This document shows, one piece after another, positions 9,757 to 19,234 of a DNA stretch of 64,000 bases (its first letter is position 1; each line of letters starts with the position of its first letter). The notes below the pieces were generated by a model. That model saw only the letters and a list, made by a program, of their open reading frames with translations, ran no database searches and was not told the origin of the DNA. A program made the position numbers and the translations under genes. The DNA is from a virus: the IMG/VR virus record IMGVR_UViG_3300001679_000053, positions 38,519-102,518 of that record; one strand, 5' to 3'.

Positions 9757-9763
9757 TAACTAG
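9757..9763 (-). promoter_or_regulatory. putative late promoter motif CTANTTA
   Basis: CTAGTTA immediately upstream of matrixin start. Confidence 0.4.
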
Positions 9764-9774
9764 AATTAAAAAAT

Positions 9775-10704
9775 TTAATTCTTTATCTTATCTAAGATCT
9801 CAATATCGTATTTAACCTCGTCCAACAGGTCTCTTAACTCTAGCCCAGCGCAGTCTATTTTATTTTTACTGATATGGTAGTGGCTCACAAATCCAGAATA
9901 GTTGCCATACGCCACATTTTGCTCATACTTAGTAGAGGTTTTTCCAAACTGACCAGTGGGGCATTCGTAGGGAATTCCTGTTGCTCCATGGATGGCTTTC
10001 CAGAGAGCTTGCGCTGCCTTAATCTGCTCAGGATAAAACCCAAGAAACGCGTCTAGCTGATGGCTATGGACCCAAGCCCCATCTATCACAGGGCGTGACC
10101 CGAAGCCGTGAGATTTGTACCAGTCTTGATATTTAGGGTAGTATGCATTACTAATCTCTACGCCCACGGACGGGCGGTTAGTACGAGAAGAGCCGGCATG
10201 CCATGCGGCATGTTGCATGTCAAGAGTCTGGTATATGGTGCCATCGTTATCTATCAAAAAATGAACTGAGATACCGCGTCTATCCAGAACGCTCTGACAC
10301 GACTTGGAGGATAGGCACACATCCCAATGATTAACAAAGTATCTAATCTTGCGCTTTGGGCGCCCGGAGTAATCATAGTAGTGTCCGCTTTTCGCTTGCA
10401 TCCCACCTTTTTCAGACCACAGAACAAACTTATCCCATTCAATCGGGTGGAAGTCTCCATTGTATACAATGTAATTAGAATAGTGGCAATCGTTGGGCTT
10501 GTAGTCATCGATGGCCGCTTGGCGCTCAGTCCACAAACGCCGGAATGTCATCGGACCACACAGCCCATCGCCTTTTAGTCCACGGCCTTTCTGCCATTTC
10601 TTGATGGCGCGTACTAATTTATCATCAAAGTACTTTTCGCCAAACCATCCGGGCTCCCAGCCAAGCTTCTTGGCTGATGCTTCATTATAGAAGTGTTTGT
10701 CCAT
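9775..10704 (-). CDS. endolysin: peptidoglycan-binding domain + N-acetylmuramoyl-L-alanine amidase (Amidase_2)
   Basis: IKKWQ..RGLKGDGLCGPMT PG-binding motif; SVHFLIDNDGTIYQ, AWHAG, GVEISN, SHYH, KIDC. Confidence 0.9.
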   Translation of the reverse strand: MDKHFYNEASAKKLGWEPGWFGEKYFDDKLVRAIKKWQKGRGLKGDGLCGPMTFRRLWTERQAAIDDYKPNDCHYSNYIVYNGDFHPIEWDKFVLWSEKGGMQAKSGHYYDYSGRPKRKIRYFVNHWDVCLSSKSCQSVLDRRGISVHFLIDNDGTIYQTLDMQHAAWHAGSSRTNRPSVGVEISNAYYPKYQDWYKSHGFGSRPVIDGAWVHSHQLDAFLGFYPEQIKAAQALWKAIHGATGIPYECPTGQFGKTSTKYEQNVAYGNYSGFVSHYHISKNKIDCAGLELRDLLDEVKYDIEILDKIKN

Positions 10705-10729
10705 GTATCGTTGACCCCCGCTGGGTCCT

Positions 10730-11002
10730 TTATTTTATAATTCCCAGCACATAGTTATCTAATATAACGTTATAAATAGTGCCGCCGATACTAATTTCTT
10801 CGATCATAGACCGGTCCACTATAAGTTTGTCCCCTTGACCAACATCGATTCGTAAATCAGGGGCAGCCCTCAATACCGACACTTCCGCATGGCGATCAAT
10901 TTCCGGAGCATAATCTTCTGGAAGAACAATTAAAGATTCTGCGGAGGGGTCAGGGTTGTTGTTAACATCAATAAGAATGTGTCGATTAACTGGATTAAAC
11001 AT
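10730..11002 (-). CDS. GroES/Cpn10-like co-chaperonin
   Basis: 90 aa; PVNRHILI..IVLP..VGQGDKLIV..VILDNYVLGII pattern. Confidence 0.75.
   Translation of the reverse strand: MFNPVNRHILIDVNNNPDPSAESLIVLPEDYAPEIDRHAEVSVLRAAPDLRIDVGQGDKLIVDRSMIEEISIGGTIYNVILDNYVLGIIK
10773..10779 (-). promoter_or_regulatory. putative late promoter motif CTANTTA (inside groES 3' end, serving endolysin)
   Basis: ACTATTTATA about 70 nt upstream of endolysin ATG. Confidence 0.35.
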
Positions 11003-11225
11003 TGCTTATCTCTCTTTCTAAAATACTGCTGTGTTGTTTATACTGTCTCTCAGACATGAATGCTTCGGTTCGGCGTCCACAATTTTTGCAATTCATTGTA
11101 ACATGATAATTATTTCCGGCGGTAGTTTGTCCGTCACCAACGGGCTGGTAATAACACTCTTTATGTCCGAGTGCGTTACATGTTCTTTTTAGTTCGCTTC
11201 TTTCTATTAAATGATTAAAATTCAT
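10995..11225 (-). CDS. hypothetical Cys/His Zn-binding protein
   Basis: C..GH..C and CKNC; start moved to ATG 11225 to avoid RNR overlap. Confidence 0.6.
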   Translation of the reverse strand: MNFNHLIERSELKRTCNALGHKECYYQPVGDGQTTAGNNYHVTMNCKNCGRRTEAFMSERQYKQHSSILEREISNV

Positions 11226-11235
11226 TTCTCTCTCG

Positions 11236-13203
11236 TTAAATTGTGCAGGTGTCGTTTGTACAGAACTTAGTTCCTTCGCCGGCTTCTTCAGTATCAATGC
11301 GCTGAATTTGAACCACTTTCTTTATTCTCTCTTCATACTCTTCTTTCGTTATTGGTTCGTATGGTGCTTGTTTGTATCCGGTTTCTTTGTATCTAAGGAA
11401 GGAGACTGCTTTAAGTCTTGTCTCATATAGTTCAAGAGCACTTTTAATTTGGCCTGCTTCCTCATCCTTAAACGTGATAGTAACAGACACGGCGTTATCG
11501 GCCCAATAATGTTGATACTGGGCAGCAATTTCAAGTTGTTCCCACATCGAGACATCCCGCTTTCCTTTGTGGAAATACGGCTCTTTGACAGGAAACTCGA
11601 CACAAGTAGTATTCGGAGAATATTCATCATCCTCCATAGTATAGCCGGCTTCTCTAATGCTGTCAAGTAATTTTGATTCTTTTGAGAACCTGATACGTCT
11701 AATATAGTATTCATCTTCTGGGAAGTGGATGCCGGGCGTGGAGCCGTTCAGCAACGACACAGTTCCCGATGGCTTAATAGAAGTTGTTCTGATCGATTTG
11801 GGAACACACAGCCAGTCTGAATATTCTTTGTCAAGTAACTGAATGTGTTCGTAAGCATCATCGCACCACTTTAACATATTACGCCGGCCATGTTTATTAA
11901 ATGCTTGGACGATGCCCGACTGTGAAAGTCCGATACGGCGGTTCTTGAGCATCATGGCGTTGGTCTCGGGCCAGTGAGTATTGACCAGCGTGACTGTCTT
12001 CCCATATAGATACGCACACTTGAGAGTTTTTAGATAGTCCTCATACGTCTCGTGCTTTGCGGGGAATGTCTCCACCAAACAACAGCATTCACCATCGTGA
12101 AGTTGCTGTTCGCTGCAGGGGTTGAATCCTGCCACATTAACGTCATCTAATCGATCATCATCCTTAAAGCGTCCCTTGGTCTGTGCGTTTCGCAACCAGA
12201 TATAGCCGGGCTCGCCGTTTTTCTTACTCTGTTCTGCGTGCCAAGTGTAGTCCATTCCAACCACCGCATTGAAGGAGTTATTGGAGCCCCATCGATGATG
12301 ATATAACTTCTCTTGATCGTTTTTCATCTCAAGGTAGCGTTTATCATCGTAGTTCCCCATCGCTAGAGCGGCCGATCGGCGGACGTTTCCGGCTACCACA
12401 CACCGACCGATAAGATTCTCTGTATCAACAATATCGACCGATGAGATAGGCTCTCCGATCTTAGAGGCGAACAGTTCTGTTAAGTTTTCGTGTAGTTCCA
12501 GCAGTGGTTCATGTCCTGACGCTGTTCCACCGAATCCATTAATTTTAGAACCGGGAGGCCGGATGGCTGTGTAGTCAAACTTTGGTACTTTGGCACCTAA
12601 AAAGAAGCCATCGAGAAGGTTATGAACCGAATTGACCCATCCTTCACGGCTGTCATCGATTATAAGTGTGTCGCCTGTGTATTCTGGCTCTTTGATGGTA
12701 AACGTATTTGCCCCAAGAGTGTCGAAACCAACACCGACACCGAGCATCAATGCGTCCATCATCCAAGCGAACAGATAGCCACCCTTGGTGGCCAACTCTT
12801 TGGTTGAACGAAAGGCACAGTTAAACAATGCAGCCCCAGTTTTCTCTTCCACAAACTTCGTCCCCATCATCCATAAGCCGCGGCCCGGAGGCGTCCATTT
12901 CAGGTTGAATAGGCGATCGTATGCGTCCTTAGCCGTCGTCTGTGCTTTCTGATCGTTCCAGCCTAGTCCCAACATAACAACATGTTGCTTCTGGACATTA
13001 AACATTCCCTCGATCACGCGGCGGCATGTCTGGTGCCATTCTTCGGTACCGGTTGCTTGTGGATCAAATTCGCTCAACCGTCTCGAATATGTGCGTTTGT
13101 ATGTGATATAGCCGATCGGGCCCCAGGGTACCTTTGCTGTTTTATATGGTTCGATAAATGTGTCCGATAATCTAAATCGGCGGATGTTCTCAATGGTTCT
13201 CAT
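11236..13203 (-). CDS. nrdJ: class II (adenosylcobalamin-dependent) ribonucleotide reductase, RTPR type
   Basis: PPGRGLW, FNC, AGNVRRSA, NPCSEQ, CCLVE, IKPSGTVS, C-terminal CTNDTC. Confidence 0.93.
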   Translation of the reverse strand: MRTIENIRRFRLSDTFIEPYKTAKVPWGPIGYITYKRTYSRRLSEFDPQATGTEEWHQTCRRVIEGMFNVQKQHVVMLGLGWNDQKAQTTAKDAYDRLFNLKWTPPGRGLWMMGTKFVEEKTGAALFNCAFRSTKELATKGGYLFAWMMDALMLGVGVGFDTLGANTFTIKEPEYTGDTLIIDDSREGWVNSVHNLLDGFFLGAKVPKFDYTAIRPPGSKINGFGGTASGHEPLLELHENLTELFASKIGEPISSVDIVDTENLIGRCVVAGNVRRSAALAMGNYDDKRYLEMKNDQEKLYHHRWGSNNSFNAVVGMDYTWHAEQSKKNGEPGYIWLRNAQTKGRFKDDDRLDDVNVAGFNPCSEQQLHDGECCCLVETFPAKHETYEDYLKTLKCAYLYGKTVTLVNTHWPETNAMMLKNRRIGLSQSGIVQAFNKHGRRNMLKWCDDAYEHIQLLDKEYSDWLCVPKSIRTTSIKPSGTVSLLNGSTPGIHFPEDEYYIRRIRFSKESKLLDSIREAGYTMEDDEYSPNTTCVEFPVKEPYFHKGKRDVSMWEQLEIAAQYQHYWADNAVSVTITFKDEEAGQIKSALELYETRLKAVSFLRYKETGYKQAPYEPITKEEYEERIKKVVQIQRIDTEEAGEGTKFCTNDTCTI

Positions 13204-13208
13204 TTTTA

Positions 13209-14579
13209 TTAATTCCTTCTAAATTTTTCATATTTATTTTTAAGCAACCCTTTTTGCATTGTAGCGGTTAAGGCAACGGGGGTTCCTGGTATTATTCCAT
13301 TGGTGACAGGAGATCTGGGGAGTATCTTAATACTGACATTGGATGTGTCCATAAATATGTTAAACACCATGCCATCTGGTCCGTTCCTATTCTTGGCAAT
13401 AAAAATTTTGCCTTTATTGTTTTGTTTATCCTCAATTGTTCGTGATACCGAAAAGATAAAGTCCGCAACGAAGCATTTGTTAAAGGCTTCTGATATTTGT
13501 TCCATCGTAATCACCTCTGCACTAAGTCCTGCTCGATTTGTTTGTGAAGCGGTCCAGATAGGGCACTGGAACTCTGTCGAGATAGCTCTTAACTCCTCAT
13601 AAATAGATCCTAACTCGTCGCGCTTTTCTTTGCGGACAATAACTGGCCTTAAAAGATCAGCATAATCTACAATTATCAGCCCGGGCTTGATGCCGCGTTT
13701 AACAAGGCGCGAAAGATGGGAACGGATAGTATTGGTAGTAGCAGACTTCGTAGGATACTCCTTGATGATCAGTTTACCATCAATGTCCTTGATTTGTTCA
13801 TATATTTCGTCTTTAAAAGTACGTAAATCAGAAAGAGGATACCCGGTAATACAACTATCGTAGCGATTTGCAATGACTGTGTCCTGCAGTTCTAGTGTAT
13901 AATGTACTACCACCTTCCCTTCGATCACAGCATTTGATCCTAGATGTACGAGGACCATAGACTTTCCAGCGCCGGTCGGAGCAATTACTACCCCCAACTC
14001 ACTTTTACCTAATCCTCCACCTACAATACCATCAATATCTTTCCACCCAGTAGTAACCGGATTTCGGTGTTTAATTTCATATCTTTTTTCAAAGTCTGTG
14101 ATATATTCATAGCCAAAGTTATTATCCGATCCCAGTTTAAGCGCTTCATTTATTGTACTGGAAATTTCGTCAAAGGAACAGCTCTGCAGGAGTCCCACAG
14201 ATTTTAGCATGGCCTCTTTAAGATTCTGCTTACGGCAAAAGTCCAAAGAAGCTTCTTTAATATACTCAATATCTTGAATCTCCCGCGTGTGAATTCTAAC
14301 AAAATAATCCCTTACCTGTTTTTGAATTACACCGTCTTCACCTTCTAACTCGGTACGGAGTATGGTAGTGACCGCATCCACAGATGGATGCTTGTTATAC
14401 CTGTCCCGATAGTCCAGTATTTTCGTAATAAAAACACGTAGATACTCTAGTTCAAGAAAGCCAACATCTAGAACTTCCGTTATCTGATCCGCGAACGGAC
14501 GATCCTCGAAAATTAGTTGTACTAGTCCCTCTTGGAAGCTCTTTCCATACCTTCCAAAATTTACATTATCTGGCGACAT
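13209..14579 (-). CDS. replicative DNA helicase (DnaB/T4 gp41-like)
   Basis: APTGAGKS Walker A, IKEYP, IIVDYADL, TASQTNR, KNRNG. Confidence 0.93.
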   Translation of the reverse strand: MSPDNVNFGRYGKSFQEGLVQLIFEDRPFADQITEVLDVGFLELEYLRVFITKILDYRDRYNKHPSVDAVTTILRTELEGEDGVIQKQVRDYFVRIHTREIQDIEYIKEASLDFCRKQNLKEAMLKSVGLLQSCSFDEISSTINEALKLGSDNNFGYEYITDFEKRYEIKHRNPVTTGWKDIDGIVGGGLGKSELGVVIAPTGAGKSMVLVHLGSNAVIEGKVVVHYTLELQDTVIANRYDSCITGYPLSDLRTFKDEIYEQIKDIDGKLIIKEYPTKSATTNTIRSHLSRLVKRGIKPGLIIVDYADLLRPVIVRKEKRDELGSIYEELRAISTEFQCPIWTASQTNRAGLSAEVITMEQISEAFNKCFVADFIFSVSRTIEDKQNNKGKIFIAKNRNGPDGMVFNIFMDTSNVSIKILPRSPVTNGIIPGTPVALTATMQKGLLKNKYEKFRRN

Positions 14580-14606
14580 GAATCCTCACTTCTAGCCCTA
14601 GTAGTA

Positions 14607-14634
14607 AGTATAGCGCAGCCACCCTTAAAGTCAA
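14607..14634 (-). promoter_or_regulatory. sigma70-type promoter
   Basis: TTGACT-16-TATACT upstream of helicase. Confidence 0.65.
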
Positions 14635-14649
14635 CCGAAAAACTGTACA

Positions 14650-15639
14650 TTATTTAAGTGCCAGGGCTGCAGCGTCAACACAATCCCTCGTGATCTTATT
14701 TAAGTGTGTACGTAAATCATCCCAATTTAACTCACCAAAGCCGTCCTCTCGCATAAGCTTTATTACTTCAGTTTTGTTGAAAGTGCATTCAAAATTTTCT
14801 AAAGAATAGTTAACATGATCTTTTGCTTGAATAGACATTTGAGGACTGTAAAGTTGCATCATCTTATAATTGTGTTCGATCACGTCGCGGCCCTCCACGA
14901 TGTTGGTAAAAAACTTAAGATTGGTACCTGAGTTCTCACAAAATTCTAAAACCTCATCTATGGTGTAATCTTTTTCGGAAGACAAGAATGACAGACGATT
15001 CTTTACCGACGTAAACCCGGCGCCGCGGATGCCTGGAAGGTTGTCGGAGGTATCTCCAATAATTGAGCGCGCCAGAGCCATGTTCGTTGGATGTACACCG
15101 GTCTGCTCTATGATCCTTCTGACGTTTAGAAGCTCTTTCTTTACTGGGCGCCATAAAATTGTCTCGTCATCGCACAGCTGCATAAAGTCTTTATCATTGG
15201 ATACAATAATCTTTTGCCAGCCGTCATAATAACTTGAAGTAGTTAGGTGTGCAATAACATCGTCTGCCTCTATTTTTTCTATCATAAACTGGATGATAGG
15301 CATGCTGTTGAAATATTCAATGACTCGGCTTTGCTGCCAAATCTTATTTTGCAATTCCTCGTTCTCAGTTAGATTATGGAAGGCGCGGTTAAGGCGGATT
15401 GGTTTTCTGCCGGCCTTATAGTTCTTGTCCATGTCTTTGCGCTTACGGGAACCATCTGGTCCGTCCCACACAATTACAATCTGATTGGGATTGGTTTCTC
15501 TTACGAGCTTTTGGAGAATCTTCATGAAGCCCTTGAGCCCACCAATGGGTTGACCATTAGAAGACAATGAGGGGTCTACAATATATGCTCTCAGATATGC
15601 GTTTAGCGCATCTACTATTAATACTCTTTTATTCTTCAC
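14650..15639 (-). CDS. 5'-3' exonuclease / flap endonuclease (Pol I N-terminal / T4 RNase H-like)
   Basis: LIVDALN, VWDG, YKAGR, EADDVI, SNDKDFMQ, GDTSDNLPGIRGAG. Confidence 0.93.
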   Translation of the reverse strand: MKNKRVLIVDALNAYLRAYIVDPSLSSNGQPIGGLKGFMKILQKLVRETNPNQIVIVWDGPDGSRKRKDMDKNYKAGRKPIRLNRAFHNLTENEELQNKIWQQSRVIEYFNSMPIIQFMIEKIEADDVIAHLTTSSYYDGWQKIIVSNDKDFMQLCDDETILWRPVKKELLNVRRIIEQTGVHPTNMALARSIIGDTSDNLPGIRGAGFTSVKNRLSFLSSEKDYTIDEVLEFCENSGTNLKFFTNIVEGRDVIEHNYKMMQLYSPQMSIQAKDHVNYSLENFECTFNKTEVIKLMREDGFGELNWDDLRTHLNKITRDCVDAAALALK

Positions 15640-15643
15640 TTTA

Positions 15644-16786
15644 CTATGCCTTTACTGGAACTGTGAGATCTGCAGGATCTTCATAAAAAGCTTTTGCGTC
15701 ACCCTGGCGCTTATCAAACTTCTGAATTATCTCCTCATCCATTAGTGCAGTAACATGCTCTCTAAACTCTGCGTCTTCATTTACCAACTCGGTCCACTTA
15801 GAAGGCTGGAACTTCTTTTCATAGCCGTCGGCTGTCTTAATGGTGTACCATGCGCCGGCACTGGTGAGACATGAAGAGCCCTTGATCGCATCGAACCACG
15901 ACTCTTCATCGCGGATGCCCACTTCGTTCCCCCACAGAATGCGGAAAGCACATGAGCGCCCTTGTGTGCCAAAGCGAGACTTCTCCAGTTTCACCTTAAC
16001 CTCGGATCCAATACGGAATCCCTTCTCGTCTTCAATAAAGGAAGCCTTTGCCTTGCGCCCAGTCAACCAGATGCGGAGAGAATAGGAATAATGCATTGCC
16101 TTTCCTCCCGGTGTCATATACGGAGTCGTCATAGCAATGATGCGAGCGTTTGGTCCGCTGGGAATGTTAGTCTTCAACTGATTGAGGACCAGGAACGTAG
16201 CCTGTTTGTCGGCAATCGGAATAATCAGCTTGGACATTCCCTTGGCCAAAATGCGCGCCTTCACTGCCATCGATGATTGGGGATTAAAGTCTCCCTCAAC
16301 ATCAGATACAGAAGGTGTAAGTGCGAGTGAATCCCAGATGAACAGTAGTTGATCTTCGGCTGCTCCCAGCAGTTCTTCTACAGTCTCCAATACAAACTCC
16401 ACAGAGGAAGCCTGGATGTACATTAGTCGCTCTAGGTCACATCCTGCCTGCTCCAAGAAGCGTGGGTCGATGGCTGACTCAGAATCGAAGTAGACGATAA
16501 GCTTGCCCGTTTTCTGAGCGTTTGCGGCTATTTGCGCGGCCATGTAAGATTTGCCTGTGGATTCAAGTCCTGCAATCTCCGTCACCTTTCCTACTGGAAC
16601 GCCGGCACGGTGGCCCTTGCTGATGATTGAGTCCAGCCAGCGGGAGCCGGTGGGGATCCATTCCTTTACTGACGTGGGATTTTCTCCCGTCAGATCGTGT
16701 GCGACATTCCTGCCGGCTTTCTTGTTAACCATTTTCATTAGGTCTTGTATTGCTACACGACCAGCTTTTGCTTTAGCTTTAGCCAT
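15644..16786 (-). CDS. recA: RecA/UvsX recombinase
   Basis: PTGS..LD, GLESTGKS, FDSE, IWDS, NQL, TPGGKAMHY. Confidence 0.93.
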   Translation of the reverse strand: MAKAKAKAGRVAIQDLMKMVNKKAGRNVAHDLTGENPTSVKEWIPTGSRWLDSIISKGHRAGVPVGKVTEIAGLESTGKSYMAAQIAANAQKTGKLIVYFDSESAIDPRFLEQAGCDLERLMYIQASSVEFVLETVEELLGAAEDQLLFIWDSLALTPSVSDVEGDFNPQSSMAVKARILAKGMSKLIIPIADKQATFLVLNQLKTNIPSGPNARIIAMTTPYMTPGGKAMHYSYSLRIWLTGRKAKASFIEDEKGFRIGSEVKVKLEKSRFGTQGRSCAFRILWGNEVGIRDEESWFDAIKGSSCLTSAGAWYTIKTADGYEKKFQPSKWTELVNEDAEFREHVTALMDEEIIQKFDKRQGDAKAFYEDPADLTVPVKA

Positions 16787-16804
16787 TTGCTCTCCTTATA
16801 TGTT

Positions 16805-16833
16805 ATTATAACACATGCCCTGTGTTATGGCAA
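16805..16833 (-). promoter_or_regulatory. sigma70-type promoter with 8-bp inverted repeat
   Basis: TTGCCA-17-TATAAT with TG extension; ATAACACA-N5-TGTGTTAT at 16808-16828. Confidence 0.75.
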
Positions 16834-17649
16834 GTTAGTAATGATGATTTCTGAAGATTTCTTTGATCTATTCATTCCGTATGTCCACTCTGCTTCGTGT
16901 ATATCGAAGTCTCGATAAAGTGAACGGATCTCGTCGCAATCATTATATGATAAGATCCAGTTGGCTCGTTCTCTCAGCATAGAGAAGAGCGCAAGGTGAG
17001 GAAAGAATGCGTGCATGTCTCCCTCGTCTCCGTAAAGTTTGCATCGTGCAGCCTCCAAAAAGTATGGAGGGTCAAGATATAGGCAACAGTCATGCCTTTT
17101 GATAGAGTCTTTAAAGTCGGCATGCTTCACCGTGAGGTTGTCCACCTTAAAGTTCCTAATATATTCTATTTGTGAGTCTGTAAACCTTGCATATGATGCT
17201 CTTTCAGAGAACCCACCTGCAAGGGTAGCACCCGAAAAACTGCTGCGATTAATAGCATATACTTTTGCTGCAGCTTCGTATGAAAAGGGGTGACCAGAGC
17301 GCAGGGCAAATCTAATTTCATCCCTGAATCGATCGAAGTCTCTCTGTAGAAGCCCTCTCGCTTTATATTCTTTATCTTGATAGATATACTTCTTCTTAGA
17401 TTTGGTGCGAGCGAGGTCTGCTAGTGTGGCCAAGCGCTCAGGATCTTTTAAGAGAGCCTGCCAGAACCATACAATCGGCTTGAACCCGTCATATGCATGG
17501 ACCTTTATTCCTTTCTCAGCGAGCGCTAACTCTATTGAACCACCCCCTAGAAAGGGGGAGCAAAGCTCCCCACAATCTTCGGGAATGAATTCCATTAGCG
17601 TCTTCACTGCCCGGGATTTACCTCCCGGATATCGCAGTGGAGTTTTCAT
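16825..17649 (-). CDS. dam: DNA adenine methyltransferase, D12/Dam class
   Basis: LRYPGGKSR, PFLGGGS, YLDPPY, WILSYND. Confidence 0.9.
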   Translation of the reverse strand: MKTPLRYPGGKSRAVKTLMEFIPEDCGELCSPFLGGGSIELALAEKGIKVHAYDGFKPIVWFWQALLKDPERLATLADLARTKSKKKYIYQDKEYKARGLLQRDFDRFRDEIRFALRSGHPFSYEAAAKVYAINRSSFSGATLAGGFSERASYARFTDSQIEYIRNFKVDNLTVKHADFKDSIKRHDCCLYLDPPYFLEAARCKLYGDEGDMHAFFPHLALFSMLRERANWILSYNDCDEIRSLYRDFDIHEAEWTYGMNRSKKSSEIIITNLP

Positions 17650-18803
17650 CAGTATTTGGCCACACTAACAAGTGAATCGCTCTCAAGATCATGACTATCA
17701 GCAATCTGTGGGCAGGCACCAATAATATTAAATGGCTTCTCGGCGTCACCAATAGATTTGCCAGTTGCTTTCAAGAGCCCATCGAGATTCAGCCCGGCTG
17801 CAGCTAGCTGACTTTTTACTAGTTCATATGACATGGCGTAAAGCTGATTCAGCTTGGTGATCGACTTCGATAGCGCCTCGCGTGCTTCCGGAGGACGGTA
17901 GAGGCTAGTGTAGAAGATAATATCTACTGGATCAGTACCCTTAATAATGGCTGGCAGAATAGTTTCACACCAGACACGTTGAATATAGGTATCGCAGGAT
18001 GCCAGAGATGCATTAACCAGTACATAGTCTTTCTTACGTAACTCAAGGTTACGCTTAATCCAAGAGTGCCAATCTTTAGTGGCCTTGCGAAGAATCAATG
18101 ATTCATCACGTGTGCTAACTTCAATAATCTTATCACGCATTTTGGTGATTTGACCGGTCTTGAAGTGCAACTCCACCTGGAGGTCACGAAGCCAGCTGTC
18201 AATATCCGCAACAGTTGGCTCAAGCTCACCCAAGTTGATCAAGTGAACACCGCCGTTTACAATATCCTCGTAAGTTGCGGGAGAGTTCGGAAGATCGTCC
18301 AAGTTCTCAATGAATGCGTTTGTGAGCGTATTCTTTAGCGACGTGTCTTCGCGGCTATATACCGCAGTTGGCAACCAACGTTCGTCGTTGTTAATGGCGG
18401 CGGAGGCGCGCCCTCGGCCTCCAAGCCATGCACCATTGGAGTCACGACTAGGCGGCCACTCAGTTATAACAAAGCCGCGTTGTGAAAAGGATACCTCAAG
18501 TCCATCAATACGATCGTTTGCATCAAACTCATTACGAATACCTAAATTCGCAAAATTTTCGTCATCTAAATCGACCGTATGGAGATCAAGAAATTCAAAA
18601 TGACTGAACGTGCAGCTTTTGAATTTGATTGGTACCAGTCCGCTGCTTTTCACCAACTTGTCGAATTCATCAAGGTTAATTGTACCTTGAGTGTTGAACC
18701 CTGGGCGGACACGGGGGTTGTTATTGTGAATGTCAACGACCTTAACTTCGTTGGTGTTCATGATGCTGGTTGTGGTGTCAGCGGCACCTTTTTTGTTTGA
18801 CAT
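17649..18803 (-). CDS. hypothetical protein, possible ParB/Srx-like domain
   Basis: LEVSFSQRGF..PP....GGRGRASAA....LPTAVY pattern; start at 18803 after AGGAG RBS. Confidence 0.55.
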   Translation of the reverse strand: MSNKKGAADTTTSIMNTNEVKVVDIHNNNPRVRPGFNTQGTINLDEFDKLVKSSGLVPIKFKSCTFSHFEFLDLHTVDLDDENFANLGIRNEFDANDRIDGLEVSFSQRGFVITEWPPSRDSNGAWLGGRGRASAAINNDERWLPTAVYSREDTSLKNTLTNAFIENLDDLPNSPATYEDIVNGGVHLINLGELEPTVADIDSWLRDLQVELHFKTGQITKMRDKIIEVSTRDESLILRKATKDWHSWIKRNLELRKKDYVLVNASLASCDTYIQRVWCETILPAIIKGTDPVDIIFYTSLYRPPEAREALSKSITKLNQLYAMSYELVKSQLAAAGLNLDGLLKATGKSIGDAEKPFNIIGACPQIADSHDLESDSLVSVAKY

Positions 18804-18895
18804 TTTTTCTCCTTTGCAAATTCGCATATTAATGTCTGAACCTCAAGTGCCGAAGCGGTAGAGATTCGTATCTATCTTCCATTGAAGATGTCTTT

Positions 18896-18923
18896 ATTAT
18901 AACACCTTGATTTTAAATGTCAA
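18896..18923 (-). promoter_or_regulatory. sigma70-type promoter
   Basis: TTGACA-16-TATAAT with TG extended -10. Confidence 0.8.
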
Positions 18924-18933
18924 GGATTATTTT

Positions 18934-18970
18934 AAAATGGCGGCAGACTTTACACCGGTCTGCCAGCGGC
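18934..18970 (-). terminator. terminator-like hairpin, copy 1
   Basis: GCCGCTGGCAGAC-loop-GTCTGCCGCCATTTT. Confidence 0.6.
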
Positions 18971-18978
18971 TGGGGGGA

Positions 18979-19212
18979 CTACTGAGTCTCGGTGGTAGTG
19001 CCGGTAGTTGTCTCAGTGGTAGTCTCGGTGGTCGAGGACACCGGGACGGTTTCACCAGCAGTTGCTGGCTCTGTGAATGTCGGAGTTGCCTCCGAAACGG
19101 TGGGGGGCTCGACTGAACATGTACCGTATGCAGTGGCGATAACAAGAACGCCTCCTACAACACTAACATGCACCTTCCAGCGCGCCCACGCGGACTTTAA
19201 CCATTCTAACAT
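18979..19212 (-). CDS. small membrane-anchored protein with Thr-rich tail
   Basis: AAGGAG RBS; N-terminal hydrophobic helix, TTETTTETTTGTTTETQ tail. Confidence 0.65.
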   Translation of the reverse strand: MLEWLKSAWARWKVHVSVVGGVLVIATAYGTCSVEPPTVSEATPTFTEPATAGETVPVSSTTETTTETTTGTTTETQ

Positions 19213-19234
19213 TATATGTCTCCTTCTGTTGATT

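Noticed and set aside
3962-13203. Inteins or introns in dnaE and nrdJ
   Set aside because: Lengths and motif spacing are normal; no splice-junction or homing-endonuclease motifs seen.
18828-18895. Possible tRNA upstream of the ParB-like gene
   Set aside because: No cloverleaf, T-loop or acceptor stem found; no tRNA recognised anywhere in the window.
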